This document shows, piece after piece, positions 63,096 to 64,000 of a stretch of DNA of 64,000 nucleotides. A program made the translations under genes and the position numbers. Below the pieces are notes generated by a model. The model was not told the origin of the DNA, did not search any database, and worked only from the letters and a program-made list of their open reading frames with translations. The DNA is from a virus. Lineage: Duplodnaviria > Caudoviricetes. The DNA is taken from positions 8,121 to 72,120 of IMG/VR virus record IMGVR_UViG_3300027874_000011; one strand, 5' to 3'. How positions within the stretch are numbered: position 1 is the stretch's first letter; the number at the start of each line of letters is the position of its first letter.

Positions 63096-63316
63096 GCCTG
63101 TGGAAGATCCCGTGCCGCGCGTGCGAAGGCGTCTTCGCGCTGTATGAGGGTGACGCGCCGCCGAAGCCGACCGACGTGATCGGCTACGCCACGTTGCGCA
63201 CGCCCGCCGGTCAGCGCATTGCCAGGACCGACATCATCATGTGCGGCTCGTGCCACGTTGTCGGCCACGAGTACCTCGGCCTGCCGCCCGAGACGTGGAC
63301 GCTCTATGCTGCCTGA
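63092..63316 (+). CDS. Small zinc-finger protein
   Basis: CRAC ... CGSC; GTGA-coupled. Confidence 0.55.
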   Translation: MSLWKIPCRACEGVFALYEGDAPPKPTDVIGYATLRTPAGQRIARTDIIMCGSCHVVGHEYLGLPPETWTLYAA

Positions 63317-63396
63317 GGCGGAAGCGAGTACCCGTTGGCTCGCCGGCCAGGGTGCCCCGGCTACCACGCAACGGGAGTCGGGGCGCTTTTGCGGGC

Positions 63397-63564
63397 CTAG
63401 CCGAACTCGGTCAGCAGTTGCTGCAGCAACTGCAGCATCGCGCGCAGTTCGTCTTTGATCTCCTTGTGGCGCTCGGTGGTCGTGCTCGGATCGTGTAGCT
63501 CGACTCCCAACTCATCGACGTAAGCGCGCATGCGTTCGAGCGTGTTGGTCAGATCGTCGCTCAT
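63397..63564 (-). CDS. 55-aa helical protein
   Basis: MSDDLTNTLERMRAYVDELG... Confidence 0.5.
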   Translation of the reverse strand: MSDDLTNTLERMRAYVDELGVELHDPSTTTERHKEIKDELRAMLQLLQQLLTEFG

Positions 63565-63621
63565 ACGACCAGCCTATGACTGGCCCGCGTAACGCTTCAG
63601 TCAAAGTCGGAACCGATCAGG

Positions 63622-63780
63622 TCACGCTTTGCGCCAGGCACTCCGAAGCTCCCACCGCTGGCACTCGGGACACTGCTGCACCGAGATCGGCACGCCCGTC
63701 CTGCGCTCGACGTTGGCCGCGACCTCCCAGGCGCTCTGCTCGTCGGCCCAGGTGATGGCCGGGCTGTGGTCGCACTTCAC
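63622..63780 (-). CDS. 52-aa Cys-containing protein
   Basis: MKCDHSPAITW...QCPECQRW; GTGA-coupled. Confidence 0.5.
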   Translation of the reverse strand: MKCDHSPAITWADEQSAWEVAANVERRTGVPISVQQCPECQRWELRSAWRKA

Positions 63781-64000
63781 GCGGCCTCGGTGTGTGTGTC
63801 GCAGTCACACTGGCCGCAGATGTGGCACGTAATGCGCCCGGGCGACTCGTAGCAGTTGCAGGGGTGCGTCTTGCCGCCGTGACAGTGACAGCGGTGCGGC
63901 TCACCCTCGGCCGTACAGATCGTGCCGTGGGCCACGCGCATCGTGGCCGGGTACAGCGGCTCGCCCCAACCCTTTTCGCTCTCGGTGTAGGTCGCGCCGC
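63777..64000 (-). CDS. Cys/His-rich protein, C-terminal part (5' end beyond window)
   Basis: HRCHCHGGKTHPCNCYESPGRITCHICGQCDCDTH. Confidence 0.55.
   Translation of the reverse strand, partial: GATYTESEKGWGEPLYPATMRVAHGTICTAEGEPHRCHCHGGKTHPCNCYESPGRITCHICGQCDCDTHTEAA

Noticed and set aside
1-64000. tRNA, rRNA, integrase/att site, IS element, capsid or terminase genes
   Set aside because: No recognisable cloverleaf, recombinase, transposase or head-gene motifs found by eye; they may lie outside the window.

Overview
The window is about 64 kb of one high-GC (roughly two-thirds G+C by eye) tailed bacteriophage or prophage with a contractile, PBSX/Xkd-type baseplate. The host is probably a high-GC soil bacterium (Actinobacteria or Chloroflexi-like; inferred only). 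1-17.4 kb (+): tail operon. It contains the 3' end of the tape measure gene, a LysM tail protein, a baseplate hub fused to transglycosylase and NlpC/P60 domains, a collagen-fused spike, three paralogous fibre genes placed inside the baseplate operon, a gp25-like wedge, a baseplate J with an inserted domain, an XkdU-like protein and a second fibre cluster. 17.3-37.6 kb (mostly -): early/accessory genes. These include a DUF1257-DUF2997-radical SAM-837 aa protein-AAA+ ATPase module, WGR, RHH, YodL-like, Xis-like HTH and RDF/Gp3-like genes, and many small Zn-finger or membrane ORFs, plus a small + strand island with a Pro/Thr-rich surface protein. 38-46 kb: primase-helicase, iteron-like origin repeats, two DNA methyltransferases, a convergent GHKL ATPase and RusA. 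46-58 kb: SpaA-type secreted adhesin, TopoVI-A-like TOPRIM protein, DUF3102-like proteins and a degenerate phage metallopeptidase. 58.4-59.6 kb: a compositionally odd, repeat- and G-run-rich non-coding stretch. 59.6-64 kb: small ORFs, including a 52-aa Flp pilin missed by the ORF track. I also found two families of regulatory sequence: a dispersed 14-bp palindrome GATAAC-SS-GTTATC (7-8 copies) and a repeated sigma70-like promoter with a conserved GTGCG spacer element (6 copies). I saw no integrase, capsid, terminase, endolysin, tRNA, CRISPR array or reverse transcriptase. All family assignments come from motif recognition by eye, not database searches.
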